From NCBI GenBank assembly GCA_963816355.1, contig CAWFKH010000001.1:1-64000 (forward strand): a stretch of 64,000 nt of DNA. The letters are read 5' to 3'. The notes below the pieces were generated by a model. The model did not search any database. It was given only the letters and a program-made list of their open reading frames with translations, and was not told the origin of the DNA. The stretch's first letter is position 1; each line of letters opens with the position of its first letter. Made by a program: the position numbers and the translations under genes. The DNA comes from an uncultured Gemmatimonadales bacterium (GTDB lineage: Bacteria > Gemmatimonadota > Gemmatimonadetes > Longimicrobiales > RSA9). Below, one piece after another: positions 51,393-63,105 of the stretch.

Positions 51393-52220
51393 ATGTTTCC
51401 GAGCTACGCCGCGCTGCACCCGGAGATCGTCCACTTCGTCATCGCGCTCCTCATCGTCGGCGTCGCCTTCCGCGTCGTCTCGCTCGGCCGCTGGTTCCGC
51501 TTCACCGACGGCGCCGCCGCGACGCTCCTCCTCGCCGGCACCGCCGCCGCCGTCCTCGCCGTCAGCACCGGCCAGCGCGCCCACGGCGCCGCCGAGCGCA
51601 TCCCCGGCGCGCGCCAGGCCGTCCAGGAGCACGAGGAGTGGGGCGAGCGCACCCGCGACGCGTTCCTCGTCGTCTCCGCCCTCGAGATCCTCGCCCTCCT
51701 CGCCGCCGCCGCCGGACCCGACAGGCGACGCCGCCTCGTCACCGGCCTCAAGGCCGCCTCCGCCGTCGTCGGCGTCGCCGGCATCGCCGTCCTCTTCGAG
51801 GCCGGTGAGCACGGCGGCGACCTCGTCTACGGCTACGCCGGCGGCGTCGGCACCCGCTCCGGCGACACCGCCGATATCCGCCACCTCCTCGTCGCCGGCC
51901 TCTACAACGAGGCGATGGTCGCCCGCCGCGCCGGCGACCACACCCGCGCCGCCGCGCTGCTCGCCCAGCTCGCCGCCCTGCGGCCCGCCGACCCCGCCAC
52001 CCGCCTCCTCGAGATCGAATCGATGATCCAGGACCGCGACCAGCCCCGCGCCGCCCTCGCCGCCCTCGACTCCATCGCCGCCGCCCCCGCCGCCGACCGC
52101 TTCACCCGCTTCCGCGCCGGCCGCCTCCGCGCCGCCGCGTACGAAAAGCTCGGCATGCCGGACTCCGCCCGCGCCGTCACCGAGGCGCTGCAGCGCGAGC
52201 TCCAGGCCGCGCGGCGCTGA
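51393..52220 (+). CDS. DUF2231-type membrane protein with TPR-like tail
   Basis: LHPEIVHF, HEEWG, GEHGGDLVY. Confidence 0.75.
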   Translation: MFPSYAALHPEIVHFVIALLIVGVAFRVVSLGRWFRFTDGAAATLLLAGTAAAVLAVSTGQRAHGAAERIPGARQAVQEHEEWGERTRDAFLVVSALEILALLAAAAGPDRRRRLVTGLKAASAVVGVAGIAVLFEAGEHGGDLVYGYAGGVGTRSGDTADIRHLLVAGLYNEAMVARRAGDHTRAAALLAQLAALRPADPATRLLEIESMIQDRDQPRAALAALDSIAAAPAADRFTRFRAGRLRAAAYEKLGMPDSARAVTEALQRELQAARR

Positions 52221-52504
52221 CGGCCGGCGCCCTTCCCGTGACGCCTCGTCACCGCCTCGCCCCGCCCCATCCCGCCGCGCCGCGGCGGCGGAACGCACCG
52301 CCCCGGCGCAGAGTACCACTCTCGTGGTGGCGTGGCGCCCGGCTGGGGCCGGGTGCGCCACGCCGGCCCCAGCGGCGTTCCTCCGCTCCGATCACGACCG
52401 GCGCCCTGTGCACGGCGCGTCCGAACGATAGATTGTCGGTCCAGATCCCCCATGGCCCGGGCAGCCGGATCGCCCGCGCCCACACCCGCACCGCGTAGGC
52501 CCGC

Positions 52505-53269
52505 ATGCGCCGCCCTATGGCCCGCCTCGACCTTCTCCCCACCCTCCTCCTCGCGCTCGCAGCGAGCACCCTCGCCCGTCCGGCGCGCGCGCAGCAGGCG
52601 CAGGATGCGAAGAAGACGTTCACCCTCGTCGGCCGCATCACCGCGGCAGGCGGCGACGCGCCGCTCGAGGACGCGATCGTCTCCCTGCTGGACCAGGACG
52701 TGCACGTCTTCACGGATGGGAAGGGCCTCTTCGCGCTGCGCGGCGTCCACCCCGGCCTCACCGTGGTGCGCGTCGAGCGGATCGGCTACGCGGACTTCCA
52801 GCAGGCGGTGCAGCTCGAGGAGGGCTCCGCCATGCACATCGCGCTGAAGGCCCAGCCGATTCAGCTCGAGCGGCTGGACGTCCGCGTCAGACAGCTCGAC
52901 AAGCGGCTCGCCGACTACCCCTATCCGGTCCTCACCTTCGACCGCGAGGCCATGCGCAGCGCGCCCGACCTGACCGCCGAGGAGTACCTGCGCACGCGCG
53001 CCATGATCCTGCCCACGCGCTGCAGTTTCCAGCTCCAGATGGGCGGCTGCATCTACTACCGCGGCCGCTCGATCGAGCCGTCCGTCTACCTCGACGAGGC
53101 GAAGCTCCTCGGCGGCCTGGCCGCGCTGCGCACCTTCCACGCGAACGAAATCGCCCGCCTCGAGGTGTTCCGCCACGGCACCATGATCCGCGCCTACACG
53201 CTCCGCTTCATGGACCAGCTCGCCAAGGGCCGCGAGAGCTTCGGCCTCGCGCCGCTCCCCCACCACTGA
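52505..53269 (+). CDS. Secreted protein with carboxypeptidase-regulatory-like domain
   Basis: Signal peptide; TDGKGLF, RIGY. Confidence 0.7.
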   Translation: MRRPMARLDLLPTLLLALAASTLARPARAQQAQDAKKTFTLVGRITAAGGDAPLEDAIVSLLDQDVHVFTDGKGLFALRGVHPGLTVVRVERIGYADFQQAVQLEEGSAMHIALKAQPIQLERLDVRVRQLDKRLADYPYPVLTFDREAMRSAPDLTAEEYLRTRAMILPTRCSFQLQMGGCIYYRGRSIEPSVYLDEAKLLGGLAALRTFHANEIARLEVFRHGTMIRAYTLRFMDQLAKGRESFGLAPLPHH

Positions 53270-53277
53270 GCCGGACC

Positions 53278-54960
53278 GTGCCCCCACGCGACGAGCCCCC
53301 CGGCCTGGACCGCCGCGCCTTCATCCGCACCGGTTCCCTCGGCGCCGCCGCCGCCGCGCTCGGCCTGCCCGCCCCGCTCGACGCCGACGCGCCGCCCGCC
53401 GCGCCATCCCCACCCGCGCCGCCCGCCACCGCACCGCCGCCCGACTTCGAGCTCGCCGAGCTCACCGTCGCCGACCTGCGCCGCGGCCTCGCCTCCGGCC
53501 GCTGGACGTCGCGCCGCCTCGTCGAGCTCTACCTCGGCCGCATCGACGCCGCCGACGCGCGCGGCCCCGCGCTGCGCGCCGTCCTCGAGACCAATCCGGA
53601 CGCGCTCGACATCGCCGACCGCCTCGACGCCGAGCGCCGCGCCGGCCGCTCGCGCGGTCCGCTGCACGGCCTGCCCGTGCTCGTCAAGGACAACATCGAC
53701 ACCGCCGACCGCATGACCACGACGGCCGGCTCGCTCGCGCTCGAGGGCTCGATTGCGCCCCGCGACGCCGGCCTCGTGCGCCGCCTCCGCGCCGCGGGCG
53801 CCATCGTCCTCGGCAAGGCCAACCTCAGCGAGTGGGCCAACTTCCGCTCGACCCGCTCCTCCTCCGGCTGGAGCGGCCGCGGCGGCCAGGTGCGCAACGC
53901 CTACGTCCTCGACCGCACCCCCTGCGGATCCAGCTCCGGCACCGGCGCCGCCGTCGCCGCCAGCTACTGCGCCGTCGGCGTCGGCACGGAGACCGACGGC
54001 TCGATCGTCTGCCCCTCCGCCGCCGACTCCCTCGTCGGCATCAAGCCCACCGTCGGCCTCGTCAGCCGCGCCGGCGTGATCCCCATCTCGCACACGCAGG
54101 ACACCGCCGGCCCCATGGCCCGCACCGTCGCCGACGCCGCGATCCTGCTCGGCGCGCTCGCCGGCGCCGACGACCGCGACCCCGCCACCGCCGCCGCGCG
54201 CGGCCACATCGCGGCCGACTACACGAAGTTCCTCGACCCCGCCGGCCTCCGCGGCGCCCGCATCGGCGTGCCCCGCGAGGGCCTCTTCGGCTACAGCCCC
54301 GAGGCCGACCGGATCGTCGACGACGCGATCGCCGCCATGAAGGACGCCGGCGCCGTCGTCGTCGACCCCATCGCGCTGCCCCACGTCGACGACTACGCCC
54401 GCGACGAGCTCACCGTCCTCCTCGTCGAGTTCAAGGCGGACCTCGACCGCTACCTCGCCGACCACCCCGCCGCCCCCATCCGCTCCCTCGCCGACGCCAT
54501 CGCCTTCAACGAGGCCCACGCCGAGCGCGAGATGCCGTGGTTCGGACAGGAGCTCTTCCTGCGCGCCCAGGCCGCCGGCCCCCTCACCGACCCCGCCTAC
54601 CTCCAAGCCCGCGAGCGCGGCCTCCGCCTCGCCGGCCCCGACGGCATCGACGCCGCCCTCGACGCCCACCGCCTCGACGCCCTCCTCGCCCCCACCGGCG
54701 AGCCGCCCAGCGTCATCGACCTCGTCAACGGCGACCACAACCTCGGCGGCGCCTCCGGCCCCGCCGCCGTCGCCGGCTACCCCCACGTCACCGTCCCCGC
54801 CGGCTACGCGGCCGGCGCGCCCGTCGGCCTCTCCTTCTTCGGCCGCGCCTGGAGCGAGCCCACCCTGATCCGCCTCGCCTACGCCTTCGAACAGGCGACC
54901 CTCGCCCGCCGGCCCCCCCGCTACCTCGCCTCCGCCGAGACGCCCTTCGCCCCCCGCTGA
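53278..54960 (+). CDS. Amidase-signature enzyme, Tat signal
   Basis: RRAFI; KDNIDT, GSSSG, GTETDGSI. Confidence 0.93.
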   Translation: MPPRDEPPGLDRRAFIRTGSLGAAAAALGLPAPLDADAPPAAPSPPAPPATAPPPDFELAELTVADLRRGLASGRWTSRRLVELYLGRIDAADARGPALRAVLETNPDALDIADRLDAERRAGRSRGPLHGLPVLVKDNIDTADRMTTTAGSLALEGSIAPRDAGLVRRLRAAGAIVLGKANLSEWANFRSTRSSSGWSGRGGQVRNAYVLDRTPCGSSSGTGAAVAASYCAVGVGTETDGSIVCPSAADSLVGIKPTVGLVSRAGVIPISHTQDTAGPMARTVADAAILLGALAGADDRDPATAAARGHIAADYTKFLDPAGLRGARIGVPREGLFGYSPEADRIVDDAIAAMKDAGAVVVDPIALPHVDDYARDELTVLLVEFKADLDRYLADHPAAPIRSLADAIAFNEAHAEREMPWFGQELFLRAQAAGPLTDPAYLQARERGLRLAGPDGIDAALDAHRLDALLAPTGEPPSVIDLVNGDHNLGGASGPAAVAGYPHVTVPAGYAAGAPVGLSFFGRAWSEPTLIRLAYAFEQATLARRPPRYLASAETPFAPR

Positions 54961-55032
54961 GCCCACCCCCCGCCCCCCCCCCGCGACGCCGCCGCCTTGC
55001 GCGGCCGGCCGGCGCGCCGTACTCCAGAAGTC

Positions 55033-57862
<2,830 letters not shown>

Positions 57863-57866
<4 letters not shown>

Positions 57867-58591
57867 CCGACACCCTCACCGTCGCCTGGAAGGAGTGGAA
57901 GGAGCTCTTCGCCGAGGGCGGCCGCCGCCGCAGCGGCTGGTTCCGCATCGCCATCCTCCTCGCCCTCGTCGGCGTCGTCCTCCCCCTCCAGTCCGGCCCC
58001 GCCTGGACCTCCTCCCCCGTCCTCCTCGCCATGGCCGCCTGGATGCCCTTCATCCTCATCTCCGCCATCATCGCCGACGCCTTCGCCGGCGAGCGCGAAC
58101 GACACACCCTCGAAACCCTCCTCGCCAGCCGCCTCTCCGACACCGCCATCCTCGCCGGCAAGATCGCCGCCGCCGTCGCCTACGGCTGGGGCGTCATGCT
58201 CCTCGCCTGCGCCGTCGGCCTCGCCGTCGTCGACATCGCCGCCCGCAAACCCCTCCTCTACCCCGCCTGGATGGTCGCCGGCGTCCTCGGTGTCGGCCTC
58301 CTCACCTCCCTCCTCGCCGCCGGCGCCGGCGTCCTCGTCTCCCTCCGCGCCCCCACCGTCCGCCAGGCCCAGCAGACCCTCAGCATCGCCTCCATGCTCC
58401 TCGTCTTCGTCCCCGCCTTCGGCCTCCCCGCCCTCCCCGCCCACCTCCGCCACGCCGCCCTCGCCCGCCTCGCCCGCCTCGACCCCCACGCCCTCGTCGC
58501 CACCGCCGCCGCCGCGCTGCTCCTCCTCGACCTCGCCCTCATCGCCGCCGCGCGGGCGCGCTTCCGCCGGGGACGCCTCATCGCGCGATGA
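57863..58591 (+). CDS. ABC-2 type permease
   Basis: VAWKEWKE, FAGERERHTLETLL; six TM segments. Confidence 0.88.
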
Positions 58592-58599
58592 CGCTCGCT

Positions 58600-58826
58600 C
58601 GCTCGGCGAGGGGAAGCTCGCTGCGCGAGGGGAGCCGGCTTCGCCGGGGAAGCTCGCCGGGCGAGGGAAGCCGGCTTCGCCGGGGACCTGCTTCGCAGGG
58701 GAAGCTCGCTGCGCGAGGGAAGCCGGCTTCGCCGGGGGGCCTGCTTCGCAGGGGAAGCTCGCTGCGCGAGGGAAGCCGGCTTCGCCGGGGGGCCTGCTTC
58801 GCAGGGGAAGCTCGCTGCGCGAGGGG
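58600..58826 (+). repeat. Array of GGAAG-linked GC hairpins with a 53-bp higher-order period
   Basis: CTCGC-TGC-GCGAG, CCGGC-TTC-GCCGG and CCTGC-TTC-GCAGG; GAAGCTCGC recurs at 58701, 58754 and 58807. Confidence 0.9.
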
Positions 58827-58984
58827 ACGGTACGGGCGCGCGCCCGCGCGTCGGCGCCTCCGGTCCCTGCTCCCGCGGGGGGCGTCCCGCCTTTCCGGCG
58901 CTCCGCCCCGGGGCGGCGTGGCCGCCACCGAACCGGCGCCCGCCCCGCCGCGGCACGCCGCCGGCCGGAAGATCCCATCCCTAC

Positions 58985-59013
58985 TTGACATGGCGCCCCT
59001 CCCTCTTCACCTT
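58985..59013 (+). promoter_or_regulatory. Sigma70-type promoter
   Basis: TTGACA-17 nt-CACCTT. Confidence 0.5.
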
Positions 59014-59020
59014 TAGCGTC

Positions 59021-59170
59021 GATGGCGTGTCGTTCGCGGTGACGACCCGCCTCAACCGGAAAAGAGAATCAACCCGTTATCCTGTTCGGCTGTGCGACGT
59101 CAGCACCGCGGCCCCGGTGGGTCAGGCCCGGTCGCTCGACGGCCCCTCGCCTCTCCCCCGAGCGCGCCAG
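59021..59170 (+). ncRNA. Putative structured RNA, family unassigned
   Basis: Starts right after the promoter; 5' GGCGUGU can pair with 3' GCGCGCC; internal stems need G-U pairs on this strand; no credible ORF. Confidence 0.35.
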
Positions 59171-59361
59171 CACGCTTGCAGTGTACCACCCGGGTACGCC
59201 CAGTCCCGGACCAGTGCCGCGCGCGCGACCACAGTTATTTGAAACTATGGATTAGCCCCCTCGCTTGCGAGAGCGGAGCCACCAGCGGAGTCCTTCAGCG
59301 GAGCGCCGCAGCCCACCCTAGCGGATCCGGGCTGACGCAACCCGAAAGGAGGTGAGCTGAG

Positions 59362-59436
59362 TTGACGGCTTTCTTTGCCGCCCTTTTCGCTGGTTTCGCG
59401 AAGCTTCTTATGGCGGGTGTCACCATCATTCATTAA
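59362..59436 (+). CDS. 24-aa hydrophobic peptide MTAFFAALFAGFAKLLMAGVTIIH
   Basis: AAAGGAGGTGA Shine-Dalgarno at 59345-59355, TTG start 6 nt later, TAA stop. Confidence 0.65.
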   Translation: MTAFFAALFAGFAKLLMAGVTIIH

Positions 59437-59469
59437 GTGAGTGAGGGGGCTTTTCTTTCTTAAGACATC

Positions 59470-60805
59470 ATGCCAAAGAAGATCGCCCTACTCTTTGCTG
59501 CCGTAGTTGTCCTCGGCGCAGCATCGTTCTGGCCGTTGCCGCTTGCCGACATTGCGGCGCCTAAGCGGCACGGCGATGGGCGGCTTGTTGACGCTGACTG
59601 TCTTGGGGGTGCTGGCCGAGTTCCTTCCAGTTCAGTACAGTGTCGAAGGGCGCGAAGCGTCATCGTCCATCTCCTTCATCCCAATGTTCGTCATCGGACT
59701 GTCGTTCCATCCGACGACGACCGTATTGGCTACGGCGCTGATAATTGGGACAGCCTCTACGCTTGGCCATAAGCTCCCTGCTTGGAAGACGATATTCAAT
59801 GTTTGCCAAGTCGCTCTAGCTGTCCGCCTTGGTTCAGAGTTATACTATTATCTGTCCACTTCAACTCTGCCGATTCTACATTATGATGTAGTAGCACTTG
59901 CAGGTCTTTCGCTTACGTTCTTTATCACAAATACAGTACTCGTCTCCTTTTTCTATTCCATAGACCAATCGACTCCGTTTCTTCCAACGCTCAAACGAAT
60001 TGCCGGACCGGGTGGTTCCAATCTCTATTATGACCTTCTAGTTAGCCCTCTAGCTCTGCTCGTATCATACGTATATCGAAGCAGTGGCTTGAGTGGCGTA
60101 CTATTGTTAGTATTGCCACTTTACATCCTGCGCCATTCTTACGTCGCCATGCTGCAGCTCCAACAGGCGAATCGCGCCCTCCTGAAAGTATTGATCAAGG
60201 CCATTGACACGCGCGACCCTTATACGTCTGGTCATTCTCTCCGTGTATCACTCTTAGCCCGAGCGATAGCGGAGGACATGGGCGTTCGGGGGAGACGTCT
60301 CGATGATGTCGAGACGGCTGCTCTGTTGCACGACATTGGAAAGGTCGACGGAATATACGCGGAGTTGATTCGGAAGCCGCACGCTTTGTCCGCAGATGAA
60401 GTCAAAGTTATTCGAACACACGCGACAAAGGGAGCGGACTTCGTTGGCGGGCTAAGGACGTACAGCGACGGCATAGTTCTGAGTATCAGGCATCATCACG
60501 AAAAATATGATGGTTCAGGGTACCCAAATGGTCTTCGCGGCTCTGAGATCCCACTTGCGGCACGCATAATTCAGATTTCCGATAGCATTGACGCGATGCT
60601 TTCTGACAGGCCTTACCGATCTGCCCTGTCTCTTGAGCAGGTTCACACGGAGCTTAGGCGGTGCGCGGGAAGTCAGTTTGATCCAGGAATCGTGGACAAC
60701 ATGCTTGAGAGGGGATCCCTCACACGAATGCTGCCGACCCTCCGGCTTCATGGGGGCAAGACTGCAGCGGTTCTCCCGCGCATTGAAGCGTCAGCGGCTG
60801 TCTGA
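59470..60805 (+). CDS. Multi-pass membrane HD-GYP phosphodiesterase with an apparent frameshift near 59542
   Basis: TM N-terminus; DPYTSGHSLRV, LHDIGK, HHEKYDGSGYP, DSIDAM..RPYR; the first TM helix lies in a different frame. Confidence 0.85.
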
Positions 60806-60829
60806 TTCAGCTTACTTATAGGAGGCGCC

Positions 60830-61033
60830 GTGCAGACTAGACATTGTCCCTCCTGTGGCTCCGATCACTTGGAGCGCGCCACTTGCGGGCCGGCTGAGTT
60901 GCCGCTTGCGGACGGGAGTGCAATTCGCCTGCTAGTACTTGGATGCTTGAATTGTGGGCACGTTAGTCTATGGATCCCAGAGGCCGACGATGGAAGTGGC
61001 GCAAAGTCCTTGGGGAGTCAGTCATTCTTATAG
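60830..61033 (+). CDS. Small zinc-ribbon-like protein
   Basis: AGGAGG RBS; CPSC and CLNCG. Confidence 0.6.
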   Translation: MQTRHCPSCGSDHLERATCGPAELPLADGSAIRLLVLGCLNCGHVSLWIPEADDGSGAKSLGSQSFL

Positions 61034-61522
61034 GCCTAGCGCAGCAGTTGTCAATGTCCTAGAAGATACGCTATCTGCTGGTGGTAAGTGCTTACCCGCT
61101 CAGATTGAGTACTTCCCGTCGAGCCGCTCCGGGGGTCAACTAGCAGACAGTCTATAAGTACTTCATCCAAAGAAGAATAGACGGGTCCCCAAATGGTCGG
61201 CCCGAGCGCGGCTCGGTGCAGATCGATCGTCCGGCACGGCGTTCCTCCACGAGGATCCGGAGCCAGTGCTACTTCAGGGCGGACGTACAAGGTTGCGAGA
61301 CTTCGTCCGGTCGATGAAGCCGCGCCTTTATCCGCGGCGTGAGGGAGCGTGTCGAGACGCTTCCCGGACAGCAGACGAGATCGACGTCTCGACTTCAGCG
61401 GCTGCCGTTGCCGGGCGGTGAGACCGGAGCCGTTCGTGCGTTTTCCCTTTCTTGACAGGAGCCCCGGGAGGCGGGAGATTTGCAGACGCTGTCGCCCCTT
61501 GTTCCGACTGTCGAAATTGTAG

Positions 61523-61732
61523 ATGCCCACCGGCAAACGCCGCGTTGCGATCAACCTGCCTTACGGCGAATACGAGGAAATGGCCGCTATCGCGGACGAG
61601 CACAACGTCTCACTCGCGTGGCTAGGCGGCCAATTCATGGAACGCTACCGCGAGGAATCTTTGCAGCTTCCCCTTCCGCTTCGGACCAACAGAAGTTTAG
61701 AACGAGGACCGGGAGCACATGCCGCGCAGTGA
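61523..61732 (+). CDS. Ribbon-helix-helix (CopG-like) regulator
   Basis: RVAINL..EYEEM..IA..NVSLAW; overlaps the endonuclease start. Confidence 0.6.
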   Translation: MPTGKRRVAINLPYGEYEEMAAIADEHNVSLAWLGGQFMERYREESLQLPLPLRTNRSLERGPGAHAAQ

Positions 61733-63089
61733 TCTCCCCTTTGGCAGCGAGTTTTCGCCCGACCAGATTGATCTGGCCACGCTACTGGATCTCGCGCACC
61801 AGCACGGCGAGGACTGGAAAGGATTCGAGGCCGCCGTACGGGCGCGCTATTTCGAGAATTACAAGACGTCGGACTACAACAAGGACAAGCTCGCCAATAA
61901 CGCGAAGCTCTCGTTGCGCGCCTATGGCCTGATCGGCGCGAAGGATGCCACGCTGACGGAGGCCGGATTAGCTCTCCACGCTTTGCATCAGGATGAGAGG
62001 CTCCTGCTAGATGCGTTTGCCAAGCACATTTTAAAGCACTGCCAGGGTATGAACTTCGTGCAGTGCCTCCTCGATATGCAGGCGGCGGGCGAGAGGATCA
62101 CCCTCTTGAGCCTCCGCCGTGGTCTTGAGGAGCGGGGGCTTTCCGTGCCGCGCGGCGGGAAGCACATGAGCACGTTGCGGCTCTGGCTGGACCGGGCCGG
62201 TGTCATCGTAAGCGGCTACCGCGTGGATCAGGCCCGTCTCAACGATATCCTTGGCGTTAAAGTGGAGGAATTCGAGGCTCTGGCAAGCTTTTCGGGCGAG
62301 CAGAAAGCCTTTCTGAAGACGCTCGCGAACATGGAGGGTGGCCGGCCGCATCTGTCGAACGATATCGAGCGGCTTGCCACGGCGACCTACGGCATCACGT
62401 TCAACGAGAAGAACCTGCCCAAGCAGGTTTTGTATCCGCTGGAGAAGACGGGCTACATCGCGCTTGAACGCGGCACACAAGAGCCCGGGCGCGGCGCTAA
62501 GCCTTTTTTGGTGACGGCAACCGAGAAGCTCGATGCCGACCTGATTGCACCGCTCATTGCGCAGATGGAGCGCCAGATCCAGGCTGATATCCGGCCGCTG
62601 CTTCGCAAGCCGCTTTCAGAGATCTTGGAGGAGCTGACGGAGGAGGACGCGCACACACGCGGCCTTGCCCTCGAGGCTCTCGCCTTCAAGCTCATGAGGC
62701 TCGTCGACCTCACCTATGTCGCGACCCGTCTTCGAGGCAGCCAGACCGGAGGGGCGGAAGTCGATCTGATCTTTGAAGGCGCCCGTCTGGTGTTCTCCCG
62801 CTGGCAGATCCAATGCAAGAACACGCGGAGCGTGTCGCTGGACGATGTTGCCAAGGAAGTGGGGCTCACGCACTTCCTGAAAAGCAACGTGATCGTGATG
62901 GTCTCGACCGGGACGGTCGGCCCGGAGGCGCGCCGCTACGCCAACAAAATCATGCGGGACTCTAACCTGTGCATCGTCATGGTGGACGGTACCGACCTCG
63001 AGCTAATCGAGGAACGGCCGGCCGGAATTGTCGATGTCTTCAGCCGCGAGGCCCGTCATGCGATGGACCTAAAAAGGCTCGAACTATAA
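61719..63089 (+). CDS. Restriction endonuclease with C-terminal Mrr-like PD-(D/E)XK domain
   Basis: G.ALE..GGAEVDL..IQCKN; adjacent methyltransferase. Confidence 0.8.
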   Translation: MPRSDLPFGSEFSPDQIDLATLLDLAHQHGEDWKGFEAAVRARYFENYKTSDYNKDKLANNAKLSLRAYGLIGAKDATLTEAGLALHALHQDERLLLDAFAKHILKHCQGMNFVQCLLDMQAAGERITLLSLRRGLEERGLSVPRGGKHMSTLRLWLDRAGVIVSGYRVDQARLNDILGVKVEEFEALASFSGEQKAFLKTLANMEGGRPHLSNDIERLATATYGITFNEKNLPKQVLYPLEKTGYIALERGTQEPGRGAKPFLVTATEKLDADLIAPLIAQMERQIQADIRPLLRKPLSEILEELTEEDAHTRGLALEALAFKLMRLVDLTYVATRLRGSQTGGAEVDLIFEGARLVFSRWQIQCKNTRSVSLDDVAKEVGLTHFLKSNVIVMVSTGTVGPEARRYANKIMRDSNLCIVMVDGTDLELIEERPAGIVDVFSREARHAMDLKRLEL

Positions 63090-63105
63090 AGGGAAGGAAC
63101 AACGG

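Noticed and set aside
58600..58826. CRISPR array
   Set aside because: There are no unique spacers, the units are short self-complementary hairpins, and no cas genes are present. The same applies to 36794-36990.
59119..59135. SRP RNA (GGTCAGGCCCGG resembles the domain IV 5' side)
   Set aside because: The required GAAG..AGCAG half does not follow.
59180..59232. tRNA 3' remnant or att site ending GCGACCA at the island edge
   Set aside because: No T-loop (GTTCRA) or cloverleaf is recognisable.
61051..61554. 167-aa minus-strand ORF in the island
   Set aside because: No motifs, no clear RBS, and it overlaps the promoter and start of the RHH gene.
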